Assembly: GCA_963842525.1 (NCBI GenBank)
Contig: CAWJGT010000001.1
Span: 640,001 to 704,000, forward strand
DNA: 64,000 nucleotides
From: an uncultured Holophagales bacterium
GTDB lineage: Bacteria > Acidobacteriota > Thermoanaerobaculia > Multivoradales > UBA5704
Direction of reading: 5' to 3'
Shown: positions 47,349 to 58,443 of the stretch, one piece after another
Numbering within the stretch: the first letter of the stretch is position 1
Layout: the number at the start of each line of letters is the position of its first letter
Notes under the pieces: model-generated
The model's database searches: none
Told to the model about the DNA's origin: nothing
Seen by the model: only the letters and a program-made list of their open reading frames with translations
Translations under genes and position numbers: made by a program

Positions 47349-49006
47349 GTATCTGTTTACCGTCAGCGGCACTTTTGGGGAAGGTTTTCCCTGGACACAC
47401 GTCCGCGCTGGCCAGGCGACCTGACGAGGGCGAGCGGCTACCGACCTGGAGCCACGGATAACTCGTGGCGAGAACTGTTACGGTGGCTGTGACGCAGGAA
47501 GTATTGCCTCAAGCTTCGGTAGCTGGGGGCTGCGCAGAAGCTGGGGCAAGATCTCGAGTGTCCCGACTTGGTGTTGCTGAAATGTGCGCAGGGCACTCAT
47601 CAAGACCGCTTGCGCCTGGGACCCCTCGGCCGTCCGATTTCCCCCAGATGTCTTGCGGTTGATGACCGCCGGGCGAATCCCTTGTTCGGCCGGCCAATTG
47701 GTCGCCTCCACATCCGTGCGTTCCAGGAAGACAAACAGCTGCTCCTGGTGACGTATCAAATGCTGAGCCAGACGCTGGTTGTCGGGGTTCGTGAACTGCC
47801 CCGACAGACGCCTTTCCATCTGGAGCTCCAAGTCCTGCTTGACCTTCTCCAGCGCCTCGCCGCTGAGCTTGCCCGCGTCCCGCTGATCTCGCGCCTCCAA
47901 GGCGGCCTGCAGGATCTCTTTCACCGCCCGAGGAAAGCGCACCGCACCCCCTGTCGCCTTCTCCAGCAGCTCCTCGCAACGGCGCAACAGATGCGCCAGA
48001 CAGGTCTGATGAGTCGCTTCTTCAAATTTCTGATAGGGAGCCCAACCATCAGCCACCAGCACGCCGACAAAGCCCTCCCCCAGGACCTCAGAGGCCTCGG
48101 CATAGCCACGACCCGGCTGGATGCTGTAGACCGTCTCGCTGCGATTGGTGAACACCCACAACCACACGCTATAGCCCCCCTCCCGCCAGCCCGTCTCGTC
48201 CGGGTACACCACAGGAGAAGCTCCGGATCTTCGCCTTCAGCTCCTCGTACAAGGGCTCCAGCTTCTTACTCATGCGAAGCAGCGCGCGGCACAGGGCCGA
48301 GCGCGACACAGACAGTCCAGCCAGCTCCTTCAGCAACGCGGCGATCTTGCCGTAGCTCAAGCCTCCGACCTTGTTGAGCCAGGCGGCGAGCCCCAACACG
48401 TTTGGACCGAGTTGCACGTTGCCGACCCGGAACGCCTGGGAAGTCTGGCGCGGGTGACGCCCCACAGCTTCCCGGCCACATGCCGAGCACTTCCCATAAT
48501 GGAGGATGAACTCCGTCGTCACCGGCCGAATCGGCGGCAGATCGGTCTGATACTGGCGAGCTTCGCCCTGCGGAATGACCTGACCCCCACAGTGCTCACA
48601 ATACAGCGGGCACTCCACCACGATGGTTTCGTCGACGTGATCGGGCACAGCTCGAGTCGCTTGCTGACCATATTGATCCCCGGCTTTGCGCCCTGGAGAC
48701 TTGGGATCCTCGCTCGGATCTCCCTTCGAGAAGGGGGCAGCCTGGCGTTTGCCCCGGCGCCGTAGCTCCTCGACAAGTTTCTCCAGATCGACGATTCGGC
48801 GCTTCAGGTGCGCAATCTGGCGCTCCTGCTCCTCCACCCGCTGGCGAAGCTCACCGTTGTCTTGGCGAAGCTCAGAGTTCTCTTGAAGGAGTTCCTCGTA
48901 AGTCGGCATGCCTGAAAGACATTAGACCATGCCGAGAAGAGAACTTCAAGCCCTTGCGGACGTGCCACCGCTCGGGGAAGGCGGCACTAGGGCGGTAAAC
49001 AGATAC
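47349..49006 (-). mobile_element. IS66-family insertion sequence (single-ORF, ISBst12-like)
   Basis: 14-bp TIR gtatctgtttaccg; 8-bp TSD ggtagtgg at 47341-47348 and 49007-49014. Confidence 0.93.
47478..48909 (-). CDS. IS66 transposase (frameshift near 48210)
   Basis: Leucine zipper, CEHCG zinc ribbon, DETGW, ADG, QTCLAHLLR, TNWPAEQGIRP. Confidence 0.9.
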
Positions 49007-49556
49007 GGTAGTGGATCGTCACCTTGTCGCGTTCGTCTTCGATCGAGGCGTGGACGTGCTCGACGATGTGCTTCGAGGTCGCGGTCGAGGTCACGAGCGC
49101 CGAAAATGGAGTCTTGCGGCGGATCTCCCGGATCTTGGCGGCGAGCATTGCAATGAACTCGTTGAAGTCCCCCCGCTGGTCGAAAAGCTCCCATAGAGTG
49201 ATGAACTTCTCCTGAAATCTTCCCGAAGTGAGCTCGAACGCCGCCCGACCCTCGTGCCCATTGCCCATCTGCTGCTTCCAGACGTTCGCGTCGAGGAGCA
49301 TGCCGCTCTTCGGGTTTTCGATCAGTTCCCGGAGTTTGGGCGCGTATTCGATAAGGGCAGATTCGTTGGTTGCATCAAGAATATCAGGCATGGCGTACAC
49401 TTATCCGGCAGAAATCGACGTTGTGGACGCAGAGTCTTTTCGTGCTATGGCGAACAGATCTTCAAGATATCATTAGCGTCGTCCACCGTTTCTGTGACAA
49501 TCCCGTGACAGAGAAGGATTGAAACTTCCCGATCTTCGCCGCGAGGAACCCTCTAT

Positions 49557-51245
49557 ATGTCCGAGCATATCATAGTCTGCGGAATGGGCGACATCGGTTA
49601 CCGCGTCGTCATCCTGCTGCACCGGCTCGGGGAGAGGCTCGTGGCGGTCACGGATCGGGTGCGGGATGAGCGGCGCATGGTGGCTGAGGGGCTCGGGGTG
49701 AAGGTCCTCCTGGGGGACGCGCGCAACGAGCGGCTGCTGATCGAGGCAGGCCTGTCTTCGGCGCGCGTAATCATCGCGGCCACCGACAACGACCTGGCCA
49801 ACATCGAGATCGCTCTCGACGCGCGGCGGATCCGGCCAGACATCCCGGTGGTGGTCCGCCTGTTCGACCAGGACCTCGCCCGCCAGCTCGAGGCCGCCCT
49901 GCATCTGCACAGGGCGCTCGGCATGTCGGCGCTTGCGGCGCCCAGCTTTGCAGCCGCCGCGATGGGGGATTCCATTCTCGCCGGCTTCACGGTCGGCGAC
50001 GTGCCCTATGTGGTGGGGCGGCAGATGGCCTGCACAGGCCCTCTTGCCGACTGCGCGAACGTGGGAGAGGTCGCCCGGCTCCACCGGCTTCAGACGATGG
50101 TCCTGGAACGCCCGGGGCAGGAATGTGTGGCACTGCCGCCTCCTGGTGAGGTACCTCGGCCGGGAGACCGGCTGTCCCTCTTCGGCCGCAAGGAGGACTG
50201 GGACGGTCTGTTCGCCGTCCCTGACCGCGCAGCTCCGATCGGGAGAAAGGCTTCCCGGCGCGGCCTGCGCCGGGTGCTGGGCCGCGCCCTCGGCATCTGG
50301 CGCGACGAGCCCATCGCGCTTCGCGCCGTGTTTCTGAGCCTCTGCGTCCTGATCCCCGTGACGGTCTTTCTGTTCCGTCAGTTCCTGAACCTCTCGTTGA
50401 CGGACGCAATCTTCTTCACGATCACGAACCTGCATGGCGAGATCGGGCTGACGGGCGCGGGACCGGAGATCAAGCTCTGGGAGATCCTGGTCATGGTCCT
50501 CGGCTCGATAACCATAGCTACTCTGTACTCGATGCTCACTGACTACGTGGTGGGCGCCCGGCTGCGCAAGCTCCTCGGCGGCCGGCCCATGCCCAAGAAA
50601 GGTCACGTCGTGGTGGTGGGGATGGGCCAGATCGGCTACCGGGTGACCCTTGCGCTCCGGGAGGTCGGGGTTCCGCTGGTGGCCGTGGACTCCGATCCCG
50701 ACGCGCCGTTCCTCGCGACGGTCCGTACCCTGGCGCCGGTCGTGATCGGGGACGCCCGTCTCCCCGAGACCCTGGAGCGCGCCGGCCTTGGGCGCGCCCG
50801 GGCCGTCGTGGCGGCCACCAGCGACGATGCCGTCAACCTGGGGATCGGACTGGCGGCCCGCAGGGAGAGCCCGAGCGTCCGCACCGTCGTGCGTCTGTTC
50901 GACGCCGACTTCGCCCGCAAGGTCGAGAGTGCCTTGGGGATCGACGCAGCGCTCGGCGCCTCGCGGATCGCAGCGCCGACCTTCGCCGCATCAGCCCTGT
51001 ATCCCGACGTGGCGAAGGCGTTCATCGTGCAGGACCGGCTTCTCATTCTGCGGCTCTGTCGGGCCGGGGCGGACTGGTCCCGGAAGAAACCGACCGACCT
51101 CGAGGCCGACGAGGGCAGCCCGGTTCGTATCTTGATGCGCAATGGCGAGCTGCCCCAGCCGGGGGGCGCCGAGAGGCCTCTCGCCGAAGGTGAGGAGGTG
51201 CTTGCCGCCCTCTGGCGGAAGCTGGAGCCGGCGCCCCATGAATAG
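49557..51245 (+). CDS. TrkA-N (RCK) domain potassium-channel-like protein
   Basis: Two GMG.IG Rossmann motifs flanking TM helices. Confidence 0.85.
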   Translation: MSEHIIVCGMGDIGYRVVILLHRLGERLVAVTDRVRDERRMVAEGLGVKVLLGDARNERLLIEAGLSSARVIIAATDNDLANIEIALDARRIRPDIPVVVRLFDQDLARQLEAALHLHRALGMSALAAPSFAAAAMGDSILAGFTVGDVPYVVGRQMACTGPLADCANVGEVARLHRLQTMVLERPGQECVALPPPGEVPRPGDRLSLFGRKEDWDGLFAVPDRAAPIGRKASRRGLRRVLGRALGIWRDEPIALRAVFLSLCVLIPVTVFLFRQFLNLSLTDAIFFTITNLHGEIGLTGAGPEIKLWEILVMVLGSITIATLYSMLTDYVVGARLRKLLGGRPMPKKGHVVVVGMGQIGYRVTLALREVGVPLVAVDSDPDAPFLATVRTLAPVVIGDARLPETLERAGLGRARAVVAATSDDAVNLGIGLAARRESPSVRTVVRLFDADFARKVESALGIDAALGASRIAAPTFAASALYPDVAKAFIVQDRLLILRLCRAGADWSRKKPTDLEADEGSPVRILMRNGELPQPGGAERPLAEGEEVLAALWRKLEPAPHE

Positions 51246-51260
51246 CACGTCGCGGGCGAG

Positions 51261-52133
51261 CTACCGCAGGCCGAACAGATACAGGAGCGCCGCGTAGCCG
51301 CTGGGTAGAGACCGGGGCGGCTCGTGCAGATCTGCATAGCGCACGGCCATTTCGAGGAAGAACCGGGCGTGGAAAAACGCCTCCAGAATTGGCCGGGTCA
51401 CCTCGGTCCAGTTTTTGTTGTCCTCGGGCTTGAAGACCTTCCCGGTTCCCGACTCGATGATCTCGACGAACCAGGGGTTGAGCGGCAGGTCGGGGGCGAG
51501 TGCCTGCAGCCTGCGGACGATCGACTGGGTCTGGTGCTGCAACCCATAGACCTTGAAGCTTTGATGGTAGAAGCGGTAGACCGGGTCTTCATAGCCCCAG
51601 TGATTGCTGCTCTCTTCGAGCAGCTTTTCGAGCTCAGCCCGGTCGCGCCGCAGGCTCAGGAGCAGAGCCTGCTCGGCATCCGGTGCGGCGGCTTCCCTGG
51701 TGTCAACAGGAGGAGCAACTGGAGGGGTGGGATCATCCGAGGGCTTCGCCTCGATCTCGACATTTTCTGACGGCGCCGGAAACCTGTCCCAGTCCAAGTC
51801 CGGAGAGACAAAGCCGGGATCCTGGCGGACCTCCTCCCAAGGCCGGATCCACTCGACACAGCCATGGGTGAAACGGACCGCGTACTCCACCCACCCAGAG
51901 TCTTCAGAAGTATCCCGAAGGGAGGTGTAGATCCGGAGGTCACCATGAATCGGCCACTCGATGTCGCGATCCGGCCCGCGCCCGCCGCGCCACGGATGCC
52001 GGATCAAGCGGCCGTTACGGGTGATCGTGTACCTGCCGAGAGCGCACTCCAGGTCCTTCGTCTGGAATTCCAGATTCTGATGCCGTGCATCCGGCAGCGG
52101 ATACTCGCAACGGACAGTGTCGAAGAGACCCAT
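51261..52133 (-). CDS. Hypothetical two-domain protein
   Basis: N-domain MGLFDTVRCEYPLP..FQTKDL; Pro-rich linker; C-domain YEDPVYRFYHQSFKVY..EAFFHARFFL. Confidence 0.7.
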   Translation of the reverse strand: MGLFDTVRCEYPLPDARHQNLEFQTKDLECALGRYTITRNGRLIRHPWRGGRGPDRDIEWPIHGDLRIYTSLRDTSEDSGWVEYAVRFTHGCVEWIRPWEEVRQDPGFVSPDLDWDRFPAPSENVEIEAKPSDDPTPPVAPPVDTREAAAPDAEQALLLSLRRDRAELEKLLEESSNHWGYEDPVYRFYHQSFKVYGLQHQTQSIVRRLQALAPDLPLNPWFVEIIESGTGKVFKPEDNKNWTEVTRPILEAFFHARFFLEMAVRYADLHEPPRSLPSGYAALLYLFGLR

Positions 52134-52168
52134 GGCTGACGCCTACACGTGGCAGGCTGTGAATGTGG

Positions 52169-52195
52169 AGCGGGGCGTGCTGGGCACGCCCCGCT
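52169..52195. terminator. GC-rich hairpin downstream of the CHRD gene
   Basis: agcggggcgtgc-tgg-gcacgccccgct perfect 12-bp stem; no clear U-tract. Confidence 0.4.
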
Positions 52196-52209
52196 TTCAG
52201 CTCCGGCTG

Positions 52210-52749
52210 CTACGGCGTCGGCGTGAACCTCACTTGGCCGCGGATCTCGCCGCCTGGGAACTTGGTGCTGTGGACGTTGACGTAGGTCGCTCCAGAGCGC
52301 ATGGCTCGCAGCAGGGCCTTGATCTGTTGTGCCCCGATGCCCTGGTTCGCGGCGCCGGCTCCGACGTTGGCGGCGGTGAAGGTGCCCGTGAGATGGGCGG
52401 GCGGCGCCGGGCAGGCCGGCGTCCCGGCCGGCGGGTTGGGGAGGTTGGAGCAGAAGAAGATGACGATCGCGCCGTTGACGTGCTGCTCGGCGAAGTGGAT
52501 GTGCGCCTGCGTGACGGGGGCGGACAGGTGGTCGAATGTAAGGTCCCACTCGATCGACGTGCCGGCCGCGTTCACCGTGGCCTCGAAGCGGCCGCCGCCA
52601 AAGGTGAAGATGGCGGGCACCTCGTTGAAGCCGGACAGGTCCGTGACCGCCGTGCCCCCGAAGTCAAGCGGCTGTGCGGCTGCCGGGAGGGCACCGGCCA
52701 GGGCGAGCAACGCGATGCAGGCGAGAGGGGCGAGGGAGAAGCGCTTCAT
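52210..52749 (-). CDS. Secreted CHRD-domain protein
   Basis: Signal peptide; LSGFNEVP, QAHIH, YVNVHSTKFPGGEIRGQ. Confidence 0.92.
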   Translation of the reverse strand: MKRFSLAPLACIALLALAGALPAAAQPLDFGGTAVTDLSGFNEVPAIFTFGGGRFEATVNAAGTSIEWDLTFDHLSAPVTQAHIHFAEQHVNGAIVIFFCSNLPNPPAGTPACPAPPAHLTGTFTAANVGAGAANQGIGAQQIKALLRAMRSGATYVNVHSTKFPGGEIRGQVRFTPTP

Positions 52750-52959
52750 GACAGTCCTCCTTTCCGATTGTGAAACCACCTTCGAAACGGGGCGCCAAGG
52801 GGCGAACAGCGCGAGACCAGGAGAGTATCTCCATCTATGGTTTGTCGCAAGATTTCAGCGCATGGTTCAATCAGAGCACGGAAATGCCCCCGGAGCGGTG
52901 TTCGAACCACCCCGGGGGCTATATAGAACGGGGGGTCAGATACCCCGGATCCAGTCGGC

Positions 52960-55900
52960 TCAGGCGGCTGCGGCGGGCTCTTCCTCCGGGGCCGCCGGGC
53001 GGCGGCGGCCGAAGAGGCGGGCGATACGTGCGAAGGGCCGCCACTCCACAATGTCATCGAACAAGCTATATGCGACCGGCGTGCCAAGCAGGGTGAGCAG
53101 CAGCGCCATGGTCTGGCCGCCCATGATCACCGAGCCGATGGCCCGGTTGGTGCCCGCGCCGGTGCCCGAGGAGGCGACCAGCGGGATCATGCCGGCCACA
53201 AAGGCCAGCGTAGTCATGAGGATCGGCCGCAACCTGTCGCGGTTGGCCAGCCGGATCGCCTCCGCCCGCGGCAGGCCCTTGGCCCGCAGGCCGATGGTGT
53301 GGTCGATCTGCAGGATGCTGTTCTTCTTTACAATCCCGAAGAGCACCAGGATGCCCAGCGACGAGAAGATGTTCACCGACTGGTCGAGCAGCACCAGCGA
53401 CAGGAGAGCGAACGGCACCGTCATGGGCAGCGCCAGCAGGATGGTGACCGGGTGGAGCCAGCTCTCGAACTGGGCGGCCAGGATCAGGTACATGAAGACG
53501 ATCGACAGCAGGAAGGCGATCATGAAGTTCCGCGCCGCCTTACCCTGCTCGCGCGACCGGCCGGTGAAGCCGTAGGAGTAGGCGGACGGCATCTTGAGGT
53601 CCTGCGCCTCCTGCATGAGGGCGTCGAGCACGGTCTGCGACGAATTGCCCGGCAGCATGTTGGCGTAGAGCATGACCTGCCGCCGCCGCGAGATGCGGTT
53701 GACCAGCGACGGGCCCTCGCCCTCTTCCATCGTCACCACGTCGCGGACGTTGACGGTGCCGCCGCGCATCGTCGGGATCTCGGCCTGTGCAATCCCCTGC
53801 GCGTCGCTCCGGTCGCTCTCCTCGGCCCGCACGTGCACCTCGTACTGCTCGCCGCCCTCCATGTAGCTGGTGATCTCCTGGCCGCCGACGAGGACGTTGA
53901 GGGTGGAGGCAATATCCTGCACGTTGACGCCCAGGTCCGCGGCCTTGGCGCGGTCGATGCGCACCCCGAGCTCGGGCTTGCCGACGATGAGGTTGGTATC
54001 GGGGTCGACCACGCCGGGCGTGGACTTGAGCCGGGCCATGAGCTTCTGGGAGTAGACCGTGAGCTGGTCGAGGTCCGGGCCGCCGATCCAGAACATGATC
54101 TCGGTGTTGATGCCGCCGCCGAAGGCGTTGACCTGCGACACCAGGGTGCGCAGGTTCAGGGCCGCGTACTGCGGCAGGATCTCCTTGCGGACCTTGTCCT
54201 GGATGTCGAACTGCGTGCTCTCGCGCTCTTTGACCGGCACGAGGCCGACATAGATGACCGCCAGGTTCTTGGTCTGCTGCGGGTCGTCGCCGATGGTGAG
54301 GACGGTCCGGTCGACGCCCGGGATCTTGCGGATCCGCGAGGCGATCGAGTTGCCGATCTTCTCCGTGGACTCCAGGCTCGACCCTTCCGGCACGCGCACC
54401 TGGACCTCGAACTGCGATTCGTCGTCGACCGGCAGGAAGGTCTTGTCCACGATCTTGAACAGCGGGCCCATGGAGAAGAATACGCCCAGCATGAGCAGGA
54501 CGATGACCCAGCGGTGGGCCATGGACCAGTCGAGGAGCGCCAGGTAGCCGCGCTCGACGAGGGCGTAGGGGCCGCGGCGGCTGCCCGCCTCCACGGCGTG
54601 CTCCCGTTCGGCATGGCTTTCGTCCTCGTCCTCCTTCTTTTCGACCGGGCGCAGCCAGCGCGAGCACATCATCGGCGTCAGGGTGAAGCTGACCAGCAGC
54701 GACACGGCCACGGCAGCCGCCATGGTGACGCCGAACGAGTTCATGAAGCGGCCGACGATGCCGCCCATGAAGGCCACGGGCAGGAAGACCGCGATCAGGG
54801 ACAGCGAGGTGGCGAGGACCGCGAGCGCGATCTCGCCGGTGCCGTGGAGGGCGGCCTCCCGTGGCGTCATCTTCTTCTCTTCGAGGAAGCGGAAGATGTT
54901 TTCCAGCACCACCACGGCGTCGTCGATCACGATGCCCACCACCAGGGCGAGCGCCAGCAGGGTGATGACGTTGAGCGTGAAATCCATGTACTGCATCACG
55001 CCGAAGGTGGCGATGAGCGAGGTGGGGATCGCCACGGCCGAGATGATGGTCAGGCGGAACTTCTTGAGGAAGAGGAGCACGATCAGCGAGGCGAGCAGGG
55101 CGCCCAGGACCAGATGCTCCTGCACCGCGGCGACCGCGGCATGGATGTACTCCGACTGGTCGCGGACGACGGTCATGTCCCAGCCTTTGGGGAGCTGGCT
55201 GCGGAGCAACTCGATGCGCTCCTTGACGCGCTCGATGACCTCGGCCGTGTTGGTGCCTGACTGCTTGCGGACCTGGAGCACCACCGCGGGCCTGCCGTCC
55301 ACCCGGGCAATGGTCGCCGGCTCGGCGATGCTGTCCTCGACGCGGGCGACGTCGCGCACCTTGACGGGGTAGCCGTTGCGGGGCGCGATCGCGATGTCGC
55401 CGAATTCCGCCGGGTTGGCGACGCGGCCGTAGGTGCGCAGGGTCAGGTCGCGCAGCCCCTGCTCCACCTGGCCGCCGGGGATCTGGACGTTCTGCGCCTG
55501 GAGAGCGCGGACGAGGTCGGCCACGGTCAGCCCCATGGCGGCGAGCTTGTTGGTGTCAGCAACGATATTGATCTGCCGCGGCTGGCCGCCGATGATGCGT
55601 ACCTGGCCGACGCCCAAAGTCGATTCAATCTGGCGCTTCAAGACCTTGTCCGCCAGCTCGGTGACCTCGCGGGTCGGGGCCGGGCCGGCCAAGGCGATCG
55701 AAAGGACCGGCGAGGCGTCGGCGTCGATCTTCGAAATGACCGGCGGATCGGCCTGGCGCGGCAGCTCTGCGAGGATGGTGTTGACCTTGTCCCGGACCTC
55801 CTGGGCCGCCACGTCGCCGTCTTTCTCCAGGTCGAACTGGATGTTGACGATCGAGATGCCCTCCGAGGAGGTGGACATGAGCTGGTCGATGCCGCTGATG

Positions 55901-56121
55901 GTGTTGACCGCCTCCTCGATCTTGTCGGTGACGTCGGTCTCCATCTCCTCCGGTCCGGCTCCGATCAGCCGCGTGGTGACCGTGACCATCGGGAAGTCGA
56001 CCTTGGGGAAGCGGTCCACGCCCAGGCTGAAGTAGGCGACCATGCCCACCACGACCAGGGCGAGGATGAGCACCGTCGCGAAGACCGGACGGCGGATGCA
56101 GATCTCGGCGAGCTTTTTCAT
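52960..56121 (-). CDS. RND efflux permease (AcrB/HAE1 family)
   Basis: [28 protein letters not shown]. Confidence 0.95.
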   Translation of the reverse strand: MKKLAEICIRRPVFATVLILALVVVGMVAYFSLGVDRFPKVDFPMVTVTTRLIGAGPEEMETDVTDKIEEAVNTISGIDQLMSTSSEGISIVNIQFDLEKDGDVAAQEVRDKVNTILAELPRQADPPVISKIDADASPVLSIALAGPAPTREVTELADKVLKRQIESTLGVGQVRIIGGQPRQINIVADTNKLAAMGLTVADLVRALQAQNVQIPGGQVEQGLRDLTLRTYGRVANPAEFGDIAIAPRNGYPVKVRDVARVEDSIAEPATIARVDGRPAVVLQVRKQSGTNTAEVIERVKERIELLRSQLPKGWDMTVVRDQSEYIHAAVAAVQEHLVLGALLASLIVLLFLKKFRLTIISAVAIPTSLIATFGVMQYMDFTLNVITLLALALVVGIVIDDAVVVLENIFRFLEEKKMTPREAALHGTGEIALAVLATSLSLIAVFLPVAFMGGIVGRFMNSFGVTMAAAVAVSLLVSFTLTPMMCSRWLRPVEKKEDEDESHAEREHAVEAGSRRGPYALVERGYLALLDWSMAHRWVIVLLMLGVFFSMGPLFKIVDKTFLPVDDESQFEVQVRVPEGSSLESTEKIGNSIASRIRKIPGVDRTVLTIGDDPQQTKNLAVIYVGLVPVKERESTQFDIQDKVRKEILPQYAALNLRTLVSQVNAFGGGINTEIMFWIGGPDLDQLTVYSQKLMARLKSTPGVVDPDTNLIVGKPELGVRIDRAKAADLGVNVQDIASTLNVLVGGQEITSYMEGGEQYEVHVRAEESDRSDAQGIAQAEIPTMRGGTVNVRDVVTMEEGEGPSLVNRISRRRQVMLYANMLPGNSSQTVLDALMQEAQDLKMPSAYSYGFTGRSREQGKAARNFMIAFLLSIVFMYLILAAQFESWLHPVTILLALPMTVPFALLSLVLLDQSVNIFSSLGILVLFGIVKKNSILQIDHTIGLRAKGLPRAEAIRLANRDRLRPILMTTLAFVAGMIPLVASSGTGAGTNRAIGSVIMGGQTMALLLTLLGTPVAYSLFDDIVEWRPFARIARLFGRRRPAAPEEEPAAAA

Positions 56122-56139
56122 CTCACGTCTCCTCGCGGC

Positions 56140-57102
56140 TCACCCGCGGCCCGCGGCGCTGGGCTCCCGCCGGGAATCGAGATCGATCTCGACCTTGGCG
56201 AAGAGGCCCGGCGACAGACGGCCGTCACGGTTGGAAAACTCGGTCTCGACCGCGACGGTGCGGGTCGAGGAGTCGACGACGCCGCCCACCAGGGTCACCC
56301 GGCCGGTGAAGGTCTCGCCCGGATACGGATCGACCGTGGCGGTCACCTTCTGACCCTCGCGCACCTGCGAGAGGTAGCGCTCGGGCAGCCGGAACCGCAG
56401 CTTGATCGGCGCGGTCTGGACGATCACGAAGGCGACGGTGGCTTCGCCCAGGCGCTCGCCGACGTCGGTCCGCTTCTCGGCCACCACGCCGGTCAGGGGC
56501 GAATGGAGCGTGGAGTCGGCGAGCCGCTGGCGCGCCAGGTCGCGGGCGGCCTCGGCAGCCTCGACCCCGGCCTGGGCGGTCTGGTAGCTGCTCTGCGAGC
56601 GGTCGTAGGCGGCGCGGGAGACCGAGTCCTTGGCGACCAGCTCCTCCTTGCGGTGGAAGTCGCGCTCCGCCTCGGCCGCGGCGGCCTTGGCCTGGGCCAC
56701 CTCGGCGTCGGCCCGCTTGAGGTCGAGGGACAGGTATTGGGTCTCGATCTGGAGCAGCGGCTGGCCCCTGCGGACCCGCGAGCCTTCGTCGACGAACATC
56801 CGTCCGACCCGGCCGGGCACGCGCACGGCGACCTCGGAGCTCACCGGCGCCACGAGCTCGCCGGTGGCCGACACCAAGCCTCCGTCTCCCTCCTCCACGA
56901 CCGGCGCGCCGGCAGCGTTCCCGTTCTGCGGCCGGGCGAGGCCGGCCACGTCCTTCACGTCATCCGGCAGAGGCGGCGGGGTCGTCTCCACGGCGGCATT
57001 CGGGGTCTCGGGCGCGCCCTCCGAGGCGTCCGAGCCGCACGCCGTCAGCCCTGCGACGGGCAATAACAACAACAACGATATCGAGAGAAGCTGACGCTTC
57101 AT
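56140..57102 (-). CDS. RND periplasmic adaptor (MFP) lipoprotein
   Basis: Lipobox LTAC; VDEGSRVRRGQPL; SPLTGVV; LSPGLF. Confidence 0.92.
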   Translation of the reverse strand: MKRQLLSISLLLLLPVAGLTACGSDASEGAPETPNAAVETTPPPLPDDVKDVAGLARPQNGNAAGAPVVEEGDGGLVSATGELVAPVSSEVAVRVPGRVGRMFVDEGSRVRRGQPLLQIETQYLSLDLKRADAEVAQAKAAAAEAERDFHRKEELVAKDSVSRAAYDRSQSSYQTAQAGVEAAEAARDLARQRLADSTLHSPLTGVVAEKRTDVGERLGEATVAFVIVQTAPIKLRFRLPERYLSQVREGQKVTATVDPYPGETFTGRVTLVGGVVDSSTRTVAVETEFSNRDGRLSPGLFAKVEIDLDSRREPSAAGRG

Positions 57103-58418
57103 TGCAAACCCTCCGGGGAAAAAGTCTTTTTCAACAGCCCGGCAGCGGCCCAGACCTGCAGCTCCGCCAGGTTGCGGTCGAGCTGGCTCGTGGCCACGGC
57201 ACGGCGGGCTTCCGCGAGAGATGTTTCGGCGGCCTCGGCCTCCAGGGAGGTCAGCTCCTGGGCGCGGTACAGCTCATTGGCCTGGGCGTATTCGGCCTCG
57301 GCGGCGGCGAGCTCCTCGCGGGCGAGCTGCAGGCTGGCTGCGGAGGTCTCGAGCGCCACCAGGGCCTGGCGCACCTCCTCGCGCACGGCCTGCTCCGCCT
57401 GCTGCACCTGGAACCCGGCCTGCCGTTCGCGCTCCTGGGCGGTGATCACCCGCCCCTTGATCTCGCCGCTGGAGAAGATCGGAACGTTCACGCGCAGCGA
57501 GAGCTGCCCGTACTGATCGGACGGGAAGGCCGAACGCTGGCTGATCCATGCGCCGTCCGCCGTGACCAGCGGCAGGTAGGCCCCCTTCTGCTTGCCGATT
57601 TCCAGGTGGGCGATCTCCTGGGCGGTCCGGGCCTGGACCACCTCGGGACGGATCTGCGCCGCCGAGGCCAGCAGCTCCGGTTCGGAGGGAAGCGGCGGAA
57701 AGACGTCCCCGGGGTCGGTCACCTGGAGCGGCGCGTCGAGCGCAAGATCGAGCCGCAGCCGGCCGACCGCGGCCTCGCGGGACTGCCGGGCCGCGGCCAA
57801 GCGCCGCTCGGCGCCCTTGATATCGGCCTCGGCGCGCAGGACGTCCACCCGCGTGGACTCGCCGGCCTCGAAGAAGATCTGCGCCTGATCGCGCCGGCGG
57901 CGGGCCAGATCGACGTTCATCTGCTCGACGGAGAGCAGCTCTTCGGCTTCCAGGATGGCGAGGTAGTTGGCGACCACGCTGGCGATCACCTGGTCCTCGG
58001 CGTCGGAGAGCCCCTGGCGGGCGCTCTCGATGCCGAGCCGGGCCTGCTGGATCGCCTTGCGCTCGCGGTTGCCGGCGTAGACCGGCTGCGAAACGACCAG
58101 GCGGTAGCTCCAGTCGTTCTCGGGAAGGATCGTGCGCGCGTCCTCTCCTGACCCGAAGGCGACCTCCTGGTCATTGCGGGTGACGTTCCCTTGGAGGTTG
58201 ATCTTCGGGAGGATGGCCGAGAAGGTCACGCGTTCCTGGGCCTGGAGCGCCGACACCTCGGACCGCGTCCGGCCCAGGAACGGGTTCTCGGTCAGGGCCC
58301 GGCGCAGGGCCTCGGGCAGCGTCAGAGTCACAGGCGATGCCGGGGTCGTGGGCGGGGAGACCTGCGCCGCCACCGTGGACGGCAACAATAAAAGGAACAA
58401 CAAGGCTCCGGATTTCAA
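57099..58418 (-). CDS. TolC-family outer-membrane efflux protein
   Basis: Signal peptide, LTLPEALRRALTENP, helical OEP repeats; overlaps the MFP start. Confidence 0.9.
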   Translation of the reverse strand: MKSGALLFLLLLPSTVAAQVSPPTTPASPVTLTLPEALRRALTENPFLGRTRSEVSALQAQERVTFSAILPKINLQGNVTRNDQEVAFGSGEDARTILPENDWSYRLVVSQPVYAGNRERKAIQQARLGIESARQGLSDAEDQVIASVVANYLAILEAEELLSVEQMNVDLARRRRDQAQIFFEAGESTRVDVLRAEADIKGAERRLAAARQSREAAVGRLRLDLALDAPLQVTDPGDVFPPLPSEPELLASAAQIRPEVVQARTAQEIAHLEIGKQKGAYLPLVTADGAWISQRSAFPSDQYGQLSLRVNVPIFSSGEIKGRVITAQERERQAGFQVQQAEQAVREEVRQALVALETSAASLQLAREELAAAEAEYAQANELYRAQELTSLEAEAAETSLAEARRAVATSQLDRNLAELQVWAAAGLLKKTFSPEGLQ

Positions 58419-58443
58419 GTGGAAGATCTCCTTGGACAGGGGC

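Larger units (their letters stand above)
44549..49391 (-). pseudogene. Tandem PRTase plus histidine-kinase-like protein interrupted by IS66
   Basis: Removing 47349-49006 and one TSD gives one 1058-aa frame; FELTSGR, VLIVTDVMATG, LRNLFTNARH, GGSLEI..GTVAILTL. Confidence 0.85.

Noticed and set aside
57061-57076. (AAC)n microsatellite as a phase-variation tract
   Set aside because: Encodes the poly-Leu signal peptide of the MFP on the minus strand
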